A stretch of 32,049 nucleotides of DNA from a virus (lineage: Duplodnaviria > Caudoviricetes), in the IMG/VR virus record IMGVR_UViG_3300042554_000699, positions 1-32,049 of that record. One strand, 5' to 3'. Both the position numbers and the translations under genes were made by a program. The notes under the pieces are model-generated. The model was not told the origin of the DNA. It saw nothing but the letters and a program-made list of their open reading frames with translations, and searched no databases. Positions 16,565 through 24,682 of the stretch are shown in pieces. Position 1 is the stretch's first letter; each line of letters opens with the position of its first letter.

Positions 16565-16869
16565 TATTTCGCCTCGCTTAATTCAACTGCCTCGAAACCA
16601 AAGTCGGCGCAGACGTAACGTGAGCCGTCAATTTCGATTTCGTCACCAACTGACAATGCGGTGTGAGTGCGAGTTGGTGAAAGTTTTGGTTGCAATAAAC
16701 CCCATGTATAACCTTGATACATGTTGGTGTCTGCGTAGACAATTTCGCAGATTTCTTTGTGTGAAACTGTTGTTGGAAACGCTGTTTCGATTTCAACAGA
16801 TGACACAAAACGACCTGCATCTGCAATGTTTCCAAACGCTTTCCATGTGACCTTAATCTTTTGGTTCAT
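16564..16869 (-). CDS. Hypothetical protein (YodL-like SVGD motif)
   Basis: Starts MNQKIK after AACCACGAAGGAG; ends HTALSVGDEIEIDG..Y.C...GF. Confidence 0.7.
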   Translation of the reverse strand: MNQKIKVTWKAFGNIADAGRFVSSVEIETAFPTTVSHKEICEIVYADTNMYQGYTWGLLQPKLSPTRTHTALSVGDEIEIDGSRYVCADFGFEAVELSEAK

Positions 16870-16889
16870 TTGAATTGCTCCTTCGTGGT

Positions 16890-16964
16890 TGTTCATGTGA
16901 ACAATTTTAAGTACCAACGGGGGTAGTGTGTCAACCATTGTTTCCATGTTTTTTCTAGTAATGT
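16890..16964. promoter_or_regulatory. Divergent promoter region
   Basis: Minus: TTGACA-N19-TAAAAT and palindrome TGTTCA-TG-TGAACA; plus: TAATGT-N6-ATG leaderless start for the 16971 gene. Confidence 0.65.
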
Positions 16965-16970
16965 TTTGAC

Positions 16971-17780
16971 ATGACCAAACCACTTCTCCGTCAAAACTCA
17001 GAACTGCGAGCAGACGGCATTTTCAATTGGACGCTTCCAGCGTTTGCCGTCAAACTCTCGTCAGGTAAGAACTTCAATGTATGTCCGAGTGCGGGGGCAT
17101 GTTCCTCGTTTTGCTACGCCCGTAACGGCACTTACTTGTTCTCGAACGTCCGTTCGGCTCACATGGCAAACCTTGAATGGGTGCTAGATGACATGGTCGG
17201 TTGGCAACATGCAATGCTCGAAGAACTCAAAGCAAAGAAGTTTCGACCAACAGGCAAACCGCGCCAACTTGATGAACTCGAAGGCGTTGAGTTTGACGCA
17301 TGGACACGCGGTTGGTTGAACAACGGCGGTAAGGCGGTTCGTGTTCATGACTCAGGCGACTTCTTTTCAAAGACGTATTTGAAGGCATGGCTAGACATAG
17401 CCAAGCGCACACCCGACATTCTTTTCTATGCCTACACCAAAGAGGTCGTGATGTTTCGCGAGGCATTGACCGAGTTTGAGTTTCCCGTCAATTTCCGTTT
17501 CTTGTTCTCGTTAGGTGGCAAAGACGACCATTTGATTGACAAGGACATGGAAAGGCATGCCGAAGTGTTTACCGACGAGCAAGCGATTGACGAGGCGGGT
17601 TACCTATCGCAGGAAGCGTCTGACTTGTTGTGCATTTTGTTGCCGACAACCAAAGTCGGCATACCAGCCAACAACATTGCTCACTTCAAGAAAAAAATGC
17701 AAGGACGCACTTTTGGCGACTTGCAACATGAGCGCGACGAGAAACGTTCTCAGAAATTAGAACTTGTCCAGCACGAATAA
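16971..17780 (+). CDS. Gp88-like (radical-SAM-like) phage protein
   Basis: CP.AG.C...CYA Cys triad, R.HDSGDF, YAYTK motifs; the only credible plus-strand gene. Confidence 0.8.
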   Translation: MTKPLLRQNSELRADGIFNWTLPAFAVKLSSGKNFNVCPSAGACSSFCYARNGTYLFSNVRSAHMANLEWVLDDMVGWQHAMLEELKAKKFRPTGKPRQLDELEGVEFDAWTRGWLNNGGKAVRVHDSGDFFSKTYLKAWLDIAKRTPDILFYAYTKEVVMFREALTEFEFPVNFRFLFSLGGKDDHLIDKDMERHAEVFTDEQAIDEAGYLSQEASDLLCILLPTTKVGIPANNIAHFKKKMQGRTFGDLQHERDEKRSQKLELVQHE

Positions 17781-17987
17781 CTCGACTTTATACCTTTCTT
17801 CGGTCAATTTCTCAATCGCTCGCATGGCTTCATGACGTCGCTTAGATGAGTAGAAAACTTCCATCCAAGGACCATTGCCGTCAATGCCCATGGCAACCCA
17901 ACGAGTGCGGGCATACCAACGTTTCTTCCTGATAATCATGCGCTCTAGTTCGCGAACTTCGTGCTTCTCAGGGGTCGCGTCAATCAT
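17757..17987 (-). CDS. Hypothetical protein
   Basis: ATGA overlap with the upstream gene; converges on the Gp88-like gene. Confidence 0.55.
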   Translation of the reverse strand: MIDATPEKHEVRELERMIIRKKRWYARTRWVAMGIDGNGPWMEVFYSSKRRHEAMRAIEKLTEERYKVELFVLDKF

Positions 17988-18358
17988 TGGTCGCCGTCGC
18001 TCGTCTTGAACTCGTCGCGACATTCACCGCAGTATTTGCCTTCGGGAGTATCACGAAACTTGTCCTCGCAGATTTCGCATTTGAACGAACTCATGAGGTT
18101 TGAAACGTCGTCAAGCATTTCTTGGTCATACCGACCAATGCTCTGCGCCCATTTTGCTTTGAACGCTTGCCAAACTTCCTCAGTCATTGCATGCCCGTCG
18201 TTGTTTTCTTCAACGTCAAGACGTGTCATGTCGAATTGAAAGAACAAGGTTTGTGACTTGTCAACATGACTTTTCTTTACTCGGTCAAGTAAGTGTGAGT
18301 AATAGTCGACGCCTTGCGCGTCTGTGTGCAATTGAAGAATGTGGTCAGTCGCGGTCAT
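17984..18358 (-). CDS. Hypothetical protein with C-terminal CxxC..CxxC
   Basis: 124-aa ORF, CEIC...CGEC. Confidence 0.65.
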   Translation of the reverse strand: MTATDHILQLHTDAQGVDYYSHLLDRVKKSHVDKSQTLFFQFDMTRLDVEENNDGHAMTEEVWQAFKAKWAQSIGRYDQEMLDDVSNLMSSFKCEICEDKFRDTPEGKYCGECRDEFKTSDGDQ

Positions 18359-18638
18359 AAGAAGTCACCTTGACTTTGTCGCATTTCACGCCGTCGCCGC
18401 AGTCACATTCCAACACGTCAAGTCCTACCTCGTAGTAACCCGTGTCGTGGTCGGCTTCTGCCATTAGGACGTCACCGACTTGTGCCATTGAGGCGAATGT
18501 ATCGAGAACGCGCAACTCATTGCCTTTAAGGATTGGTGTGCGTCGTCCGTCGTTGAATGTGATTGTGAAACGAAAGTCGGTCATTCCGCCTTTTGTGTTC
18601 TTGCGTTCAAAGGCGTCAATTTGTTTTCGTGAAGTCAT
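18345..18638 (-). CDS. Hypothetical protein
   Basis: GGGAG RBS; overlaps neighbours. Confidence 0.55.
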   Translation of the reverse strand: MTSRKQIDAFERKNTKGGMTDFRFTITFNDGRRTPILKGNELRVLDTFASMAQVGDVLMAEADHDTGYYEVGLDVLECDCGDGVKCDKVKVTSYDRD

Positions 18639-18828
18639 TGCTCTCCCTTCCTATTGCTTGGTCAGGGTTGTCGCTTATCCATTTGAACTCAGCAACAATT
18701 GTCATTTGGTCGACTACTTCCTTAGCCATGCACCGAGGGCAAGCAAGCCCTCGCTCGCCGTCGGGGCATGGTTTCGCCGCGAACATTGCGCGGACAATGA
18801 GGCGTTCTAGGTCGGTGCGCGTAATCAC
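18616..18828 (-). CDS. Hypothetical protein
   Basis: GTGA overlap with the upstream stop. Confidence 0.55.
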   Translation of the reverse strand: MITRTDLERLIVRAMFAAKPCPDGERGLACPRCMAKEVVDQMTIVAEFKWISDNPDQAIGRESNDFTKTN

Positions 18829-19118
18829 TGAACTAGACCCTCAAACTTGTTTTGAATTGACGCAACGACGCCGCCAGCAATTGTGCCGACTTCCATTGCG
18901 CACTTGTTGTAGGCGAGCGCCTTTCCTTCTAATCCTTGATGAGCGCGAACCGCAGTTGTTTCGTTGTAAACAACGCCCAACGCATGCAACGCTTTCACAA
19001 TGTCAAACTGCACTTCTAAAGGTGCGTTTGCAATTGCGTTGATAAGGTCGCGACGTGCCTCAGCGCGTGTTTCCTCAGTAATCATGCGACTTGGCAATGG
19101 GATTTGTGTGATGTCCAT
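18825..19118 (-). CDS. Hypothetical protein
   Basis: Starts MDITQ after AACCACGAAGGAG. Confidence 0.7.
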   Translation of the reverse strand: MDITQIPLPSRMITEETRAEARRDLINAIANAPLEVQFDIVKALHALGVVYNETTAVRAHQGLEGKALAYNKCAMEVGTIAGGVVASIQNKFEGLVQ

Positions 19119-19222
19119 TTGTTTCTCCTTCGTGGTTGTGTTTGTATGAATGACATTTCTATCATTCACAACTGACAGCATAACGCCCGTTTAGTATTCA
19201 ATCAACCATTTCAAGAAATGTG

Positions 19223-20824
19223 TCACAACGTCCAGTCATTTGTTTGTGTGAACGACAATGGCGCAATGCCGTCTACTTGAGCAGAGCCCGGTGGGTCGTA
19301 AAGTGATAGCAAAATTGCTTCGGCGCGGTCTGGCGAACCAACGCCTCGTCTTTTCATGTCAACCTTTGACTCAATTTTTATGCGACCCGACGAGTCAGAC
19401 ATGTATTGAGGACCTGACAATTGTGCTAATGTTTTTTGGTCGACCGCGATTGTGACTTGTTGTTGTCCGTCGGTTTGCGGTTGTAACAAGGTTCGAGCGT
19501 TCCACCACATTTCGGCACGTTGGTTTGTAAAACGATTTGAGTCACGCGCTTTCTCGGCGACATTGACGCCAACAATTTTTGCGTGGTGCATTTGTTCATC
19601 TCCCCATTTTTTAAGGGTCGACACAACGCCCCAACCCACACCGATAGCGTCAATCTTGACACGAACAGGGTCGCTGATTTGTCGCTGTTTATGAACTTCC
19701 TCGGCTTGTCTGATTTGGTCGAGAACAACGCCCGCAACGTCAACCGCGTTTGCATTTGCTTTGCCACTTGTCTTGTGTCGAACGCTTGTTCGCATGCCGT
19801 CCGCCCATGCAATGACGAACTCGTCACCGCCGTCTGAGGCAATGTCAACGCCAAGTCGAATTGCGCCAGTTTGAGTTGTTTCGTTTTCTGCGCTTTGTTC
19901 AAGCCATGAAAGAGGAATGACTTTGTTTGCAACTTGCTTTGGAAATCTTGCATGCACACGCGCCTCAACGAATGGTGAGTCCTCACCGAACTCGCGAGTA
20001 ACTTCGTCAACCCATGTCTGGTCAACCAAGTGTGAAGCGACAGGGTGAGGTGGCACGTTTGCAGGACATGAACGGCAGACACCCGCGTCCTCGCCCGTAA
20101 AGTTTGGGGTGTCGTATGCGCCAATTGGAATGACGTTGTAAAGGTCAGATGAGCAAGCACGTTCAAACCAACCGCCTTCTTGGTCGGTCGGCGGGTTTCC
20201 CAATAGAAGTAAACGTGTATGACCACCAGTCATAAGTGACTCTAAGGCAGTTCCAAGCGTTGATGAAATACCGCCCGCTTCGTCAACAACGACGAGCAAG
20301 TGAGGCGCGTGGATACCCTGCACCGCAGTTTCGTCATGTGAGGCAGATGAGAAACCATAGGCGACAGTTTCGTTTCCGATTTTCCAGTCAACCGTGAAAA
20401 CCTCGCCGGGCAACTTGTGACGATTGACAACGCGACGAATGTGAGGCCACAAGATGTTTTTTACCTGTCGGAATGTTGTCGCGGTTGTGACAACTTGCGC
20501 CGTTCCGGGCGGGTGAACGGAAATCCACCATGAAACGGCACGCGCCGCAATGTGCGATTTTCCGGGCGCGTGACATGCAGGAACGGCAGTTCTTTTGTTG
20601 TCGCGAACCGACTCTAAAATCTCTTTCTGCTTCGACCAAACTGTTTCGTCAAGGGCAGATTGAACGAACCCAACAGGGTCGTCCTCGAAACGAACGTAAG
20701 GGTTGTTTAACTTCTGCTCAACGAATGTGTCGAGTAACTTGCGTTCCTCGTATGAAAGTTCTTTGAGTATGCGTCGACGTTCCTCACTCGGAAGCGTCAA
20801 TAACCTCTGGATTGCTTGGCTCAT
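19223..20824 (-). CDS. terL: Terminase large subunit
   Basis: Q motif (WSKQ), Walker A ACHAPGKS, Walker B VVVDEA, LLGNP, nuclease LGVDIA..GGD and SPDRAEA. Confidence 0.95.
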   Translation of the reverse strand: MSQAIQRLLTLPSEERRRILKELSYEERKLLDTFVEQKLNNPYVRFEDDPVGFVQSALDETVWSKQKEILESVRDNKRTAVPACHAPGKSHIAARAVSWWISVHPPGTAQVVTTATTFRQVKNILWPHIRRVVNRHKLPGEVFTVDWKIGNETVAYGFSSASHDETAVQGIHAPHLLVVVDEAGGISSTLGTALESLMTGGHTRLLLLGNPPTDQEGGWFERACSSDLYNVIPIGAYDTPNFTGEDAGVCRSCPANVPPHPVASHLVDQTWVDEVTREFGEDSPFVEARVHARFPKQVANKVIPLSWLEQSAENETTQTGAIRLGVDIASDGGDEFVIAWADGMRTSVRHKTSGKANANAVDVAGVVLDQIRQAEEVHKQRQISDPVRVKIDAIGVGWGVVSTLKKWGDEQMHHAKIVGVNVAEKARDSNRFTNQRAEMWWNARTLLQPQTDGQQQVTIAVDQKTLAQLSGPQYMSDSSGRIKIESKVDMKRRGVGSPDRAEAILLSLYDPPGSAQVDGIAPLSFTQTNDWTL

Positions 20825-21287
20825 CTACTACTCCGAGTAACGAGGCAATTTTGTTTTCGAGTGCGTCAACTGTCACCGAAACTTGAATTGCATCTCCCTC
20901 AGCGCCCGTAATTTCTGCGCTAAGGCGTCGCCCATACTGCTGTGGGGCTGTCCGTTCCAACCACCATGCCGCCGCTTGCCATGTGCCACTATTCGCCGCT
21001 TGTTGAATAAGGGCAACGTTGCGCACGAAGGCACCCGCTCTTGCTTTCTTTATGGTGTCCCAAAGTTCTAAGTATTTTGCTTCCTCAGGGTCAGGTTCTC
21101 CACCCGCGTCAATGCGTTCATGCTCGTTCTGTCCTCGGTCAAGCCACCGATAGATAGTTGAGCGACCTATGCCCGCGTAATCACAAGCATGGTCAATGAA
21201 GTTGCCCGCTTGAAGTGCGTCAATAAGACGCTTCACTCGTGGGTCGTCAATTTCCATGACTTTGCGTCCCGTCTTTCTCGCTGTCAT
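20784..21287 (-). CDS. terS: Terminase small subunit
   Basis: N-terminal HTH (AC.YAGI..ST.YRW), WQAAAW.LER..P..YG, EITG..G..I; directly upstream of terL. Confidence 0.85.
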   Translation of the reverse strand: MTARKTGRKVMEIDDPRVKRLIDALQAGNFIDHACDYAGIGRSTIYRWLDRGQNEHERIDAGGEPDPEEAKYLELWDTIKKARAGAFVRNVALIQQAANSGTWQAAAWWLERTAPQQYGRRLSAEITGAEGDAIQVSVTVDALENKIASLLGVVDEPSNPEVIDASE

Positions 21288-21306
21288 GTTCATAGCATAA
21301 CCTAGG

Positions 21307-22008
21307 TTAGGCGAAACGGTCGAGAAGTTCTTGTGGTCGTGCTAAATACTCGGTTGGGTCTTTAATGCCTGACTCTAAAAATGCCTCTTGACGTTCATAA
21401 CATGTGCCGCAAGTTCCGCAATGAATTACACCGCCTTTATAGCATGACCAAGTCATTGAGTAATCAACTCCCATTTGACCGCCATACTTTGCAATCTCGG
21501 TTTTGGTCATTTCAATAAACGGGGCTTCTACTCTGAAATTATCGTGCGCAAACCCGTCATTTCCCGCGACCATTGCTTGTGCGAATGGTTCAAAGAAGGA
21601 AGGTCGGCAGTCGGGATAGATGAAATGGTCGCCAGCATGAATACCTGTCGCCACCACCTCACACTTTTCCGCGACCGCCAAACCAACCGCCAAACTCAAC
21701 ATGATTGCGTTGCGATTTGGCACAACAGTTATTTTCATACTGAGTTCGTCATAGCGCCCGTCTGGAACAGACACGTCCTCACTTGTCAGAGAACTCCCTC
21801 GCAGGTGTCCTCCTAGCCATTCCATTGGCATGATTGTCACGTCTGCCCCAAGACGGTTCGCTTGATTGAACAAGAAGTCAAGTTCTTTAGAATGTCGTTG
21901 CCCATAGTTGAAGCCAACAAGATGCAAGTCATAACCGAGCGTGTAATAGTGCCACGCCAAAGTCGCTGAATCCATGCCGCCTGAGGCGACAACTACGGCT
22001 CTCGTCAT
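21307..22008 (-). CDS. queC: 7-cyano-7-deazaguanine synthase QueC
   Basis: SGGMDS PP-loop, YGQRH..E, VPNRN, YPDCR, TWSCY.....HCGTCGTC.ER zinc site. Confidence 0.96.
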   Translation of the reverse strand: MTRAVVVASGGMDSATLAWHYYTLGYDLHLVGFNYGQRHSKELDFLFNQANRLGADVTIMPMEWLGGHLRGSSLTSEDVSVPDGRYDELSMKITVVPNRNAIMLSLAVGLAVAEKCEVVATGIHAGDHFIYPDCRPSFFEPFAQAMVAGNDGFAHDNFRVEAPFIEMTKTEIAKYGGQMGVDYSMTWSCYKGGVIHCGTCGTCYERQEAFLESGIKDPTEYLARPQELLDRFA

Positions 22009-22400
22009 TCTTCTACAACTGCCTCTCTGATTGCATGAGCGGTCATTTGTAAACCGCCTCTGATTTGTTGAGTTGTGGTGACTTCAATGCGCCAAGGCTC
22101 TAAGAACTCAAAGAGTTCATTCGCGATTTGAGCGGTAATTGCCTCACCAAAAATGCCTTCGTTGCGCCATTGCATTAAGTAAAGTTTCAACGACTTACTT
22201 TCAACGCAACGAGTGTCAGGCACATAGGAAATCTTGACGGTATAGAGGTCGGGTTGGTCGGTAACAGGACACAATGAGGTGAACTCATGCGTCACGAACG
22301 TGACCTCATCTAGTGCGCCGTCAGGACATGGAAACCACTCGAGTTCGTCTTTGGTAATTGCGCCCTCGACTTTGTTTCCAAGGATAGTTAGGTTGCTCAT
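22005..22400 (-). CDS. queF: preQ0 reductase QueF (unimodular)
   Basis: EFTSLCPVTDQPD (catalytic Cys/Asp), QueF motif VESKSLKLYL, RGG. Confidence 0.92.
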   Translation of the reverse strand: MSNLTILGNKVEGAITKDELEWFPCPDGALDEVTFVTHEFTSLCPVTDQPDLYTVKISYVPDTRCVESKSLKLYLMQWRNEGIFGEAITAQIANELFEFLEPWRIEVTTTQQIRGGLQMTAHAIREAVVEE

Positions 22401-23110
22401 TTGATTTGACCTTCTAGCGTCCATTCTTGCTTAGGTCGAATTCCGTAAATTGCTGGAAGCGTGATAACCGAAGTCGCCAACTTAATCCAAACCATTGACC
22501 AGAAGATTGACCAAACTACGCTCGTTGGCATAAGACCATAGAACGCAATGAATGTGAATACGAGAGAGTCAATCGGTGAGGAAATTCCGTTTGATGACAA
22601 CACGCGACCCCATTGGTGCTTGCGACCGAACCGCTTTACCCAACGCTGGTAGACGTAGGTGTCGATAAGTTCAGCGATAAGCATTGCAATGATTGAAGCG
22701 AACACAATGCGCCATTGAGGACCAAGAACAGTCACCCATTCGCTTTGTGCGCCGACGTTCATGTCAGCAGGTGCTTTTGAAACCCAATAGAAGTATGTCG
22801 CCATGAGCAAGTTGACGCCAGCGCCTGTGAAAATTGCCGCCTTTGCCGCCTTCGTTCCTGCGACTTTGTGAATGAGGTCGCGAAGTGTAAAGGTAAGCGG
22901 GTAAATGAGCGTTCCCGCGTCGATTGACCAACCTGCAAACATGACAATGCGCAAAGACGCAACGTTAGCAATCATGGTTGAGGCTAGATAAGTGCCTACG
23001 ACCGCAATGAGCAGTCCGAGCCATAGTCCCGAATTGACGTTCGGGGTTTTTTCTGCGGTTGTCAGTTTGTGGCGAGGTGCCTTCTTAACAACCTTCGGTG
23101 TTTCTTCCAT
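22397..23110 (-). CDS. yhhQ: Queuosine-precursor (preQ0/preQ1) transporter, YhhQ/VUT family
   Basis: Multi-TM protein; AN...G...YP.TF...D...RI..AS..A....E..D..V...W.R...SN.IS..IDS.VF..IAF.G. Confidence 0.88.
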   Translation of the reverse strand: MEETPKVVKKAPRHKLTTAEKTPNVNSGLWLGLLIAVVGTYLASTMIANVASLRIVMFAGWSIDAGTLIYPLTFTLRDLIHKVAGTKAAKAAIFTGAGVNLLMATYFYWVSKAPADMNVGAQSEWVTVLGPQWRIVFASIIAMLIAELIDTYVYQRWVKRFGRKHQWGRVLSSNGISSPIDSLVFTFIAFYGLMPTSVVWSIFWSMVWIKLATSVITLPAIYGIRPKQEWTLEGQIK

Positions 23111-23157
23111 TTTTTCTCCTTGTTTTGTTGCGGGGGTTTCCTAGTTACCCCGACGGA

Positions 23158-23838
23158 TTAGATGCCCGCCTTGTTCAATAGATGAGCAATGAGCGCACCT
23201 GCTTGTTCTTTCGGCTCGCTTGGTAACTCGTCTTTCAAGTCACCGAGCAAACCTTTCCAACGTTCCTCGTCCTCTGTGTTGAGAAGCGCGATAACGCGGA
23301 AACCTTCGCCGTCTTGATGTTCAAAGTCGGCTTCTGTTGTTTTGTCGTCGAATTGGTCCCAATCAAAATCTGCAATGCCCATGAGTTCTTTCAACTGACC
23401 TTCGGTATAAGGCAAACCTGTGATGAGGTCGTCACCGAGTTCAATTTGAATGTCTTGCAACAACGCGCCCAAGTCGCTCAAGTCAGCACGACCGCGAGTT
23501 TCGTTCATGATGACGGTCAACTTCTTTGCCGCGGTTTCGGAAATGTCCAAAACAATTGCAGGAATGGTTTGGTCAGCAATGAGTTTTGGAACGTTGTGCT
23601 TTGCTTGCATGCCGTCCTCAGCGATTTGTCGCAACGCTTTCCAGCGGTGTTCGCCGTCCACAATTTGGTAAGTGTCCTCGAACTTGCGAACCAAGATTGG
23701 TGCGATAAATCCGTTTTGAACGATTGACTCTATTTCCGCTTGGTATTGTCGTTCGTTTTGTTTGTTCGGATTCCATGGGTTTGGTTCAACTGAACTAATC
23801 GGTAAGTGTTCAATTTGTAAGTCAGTTTGCTTTGACAT
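23158..23838 (-). CDS. ParB/Srx N-terminal domain protein
   Basis: PNPWNPN...SI...GF..PILVR.....YQIVDGEHRW.A...N..RG. Confidence 0.88.
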   Translation of the reverse strand: MSKQTDLQIEHLPISSVEPNPWNPNKQNERQYQAEIESIVQNGFIAPILVRKFEDTYQIVDGEHRWKALRQIAEDGMQAKHNVPKLIADQTIPAIVLDISETAAKKLTVIMNETRGRADLSDLGALLQDIQIELGDDLITGLPYTEGQLKELMGIADFDWDQFDDKTTEADFEHQDGEGFRVIALLNTEDEERWKGLLGDLKDELPSEPKEQAGALIAHLLNKAGI

Positions 23839-24667
23839 TTTCTTCCTTCCAGTCGATACCGCGCTTTGCCCAGAGTGACGTCATTGCGTCGCCAACTCGC
23901 ATTAGGTTGTAAATACTTTCTCGTGCAAAGAAATGCAACGCGTCAGCCGACTCCTTCGACGTTGGGCGTTTGCTCATCTTTGTGTCGATACCAACAATTC
24001 TGCCACGCTCGTCCACATAACCCCCATACCGAAACGGGTTAACCCACGTTGATGAGTCACCAGAGTAGTAAGGAAACTCGCGCAACATTTCAACCGACGT
24101 CACCGCTAGTCCATGAGTGCGTGGGAAGTTTTCAATCCCGCGTTTTTCTTTGATTGCAGACAACACAACTCGCGACCATTCAACTTTGGCTTTGAGGTGT
24201 TTGTCATTTCGAGGTGAAATGCCTAAGACGCCGTTTTCAGGTAAGCGGTCAAGCAATTCAAAAAGAAACTCTTTTGGTTCGTCTTGGTGGAAAACTTCCA
24301 TGACGTTCAAACCGCTTGCTCGTAGGTAGTCGGCGTTCTTTAATGATTGGCGCATACCGTCAAGTCGTTCTTGTTTGGTTGAGGTGCGACCTTTCTCGCC
24401 CGGAATGACGTCAAGGTTTACTGACAAGACGCGAGGAAACTTGATTTGTTGCGACAACGCCCAATCTGCATAAGCGCGAATGTCTACGCTTTTGCCAATG
24501 TTCCACGCCGTAAATGCGCCAGAGTCTGTCATTACATACTCAGGTTTGTAAGTCAACGTGTCCAATGCTTTTGCATAAGGAAACGCGACCAAGATGTTCG
24601 GCGGTTGTATCTCGTTGATGATTTGAGAATGGGTAGGTGAGTTGCCTAGCGCGAATGTCATTCTCAT
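23822..24667 (-). CDS. dpdA: DpdA-like (TGT-fold) deazaguanine transglycosylase
   Basis: DSGAFT, LDVIPG, VFH..EP, HGL, PYYSGDSSTW motifs of the TGT/DpdA family; clustered with queC, queF and yhhQ. Confidence 0.8.
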   Translation of the reverse strand: MRMTFALGNSPTHSQIINEIQPPNILVAFPYAKALDTLTYKPEYVMTDSGAFTAWNIGKSVDIRAYADWALSQQIKFPRVLSVNLDVIPGEKGRTSTKQERLDGMRQSLKNADYLRASGLNVMEVFHQDEPKEFLFELLDRLPENGVLGISPRNDKHLKAKVEWSRVVLSAIKEKRGIENFPRTHGLAVTSVEMLREFPYYSGDSSTWVNPFRYGGYVDERGRIVGIDTKMSKRPTSKESADALHFFARESIYNLMRVGDAMTSLWAKRGIDWKEENVKAN

Positions 24668-24682
24668 AAGCGCATACTAACC

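Noticed and set aside
16890-16903. TGTTCA-TG-TGAACA as a LexA SOS box
   Set aside because: The actinobacterial SOS box is CGAAC-N4-GTTCG; the half-sites here are in the opposite order
23131-23152. Short inverted repeat between the ParB gene and yhhQ
   Set aside because: Only ~6 bp of stem and no U-tract on the coding strand; too weak to call a terminator
21307-24667. QueC plus TGT-like pair as a QatABCD or type IV CBASS defence system, or a tRNA queuosine pathway
   Set aside because: No CD-NTase, QatA ATPase, TatD, QueA/QueG or tRNA genes seen; QueF, YhhQ, ParB and terminase context fits DNA modification better, though protein deazaguanylation cannot be fully excluded
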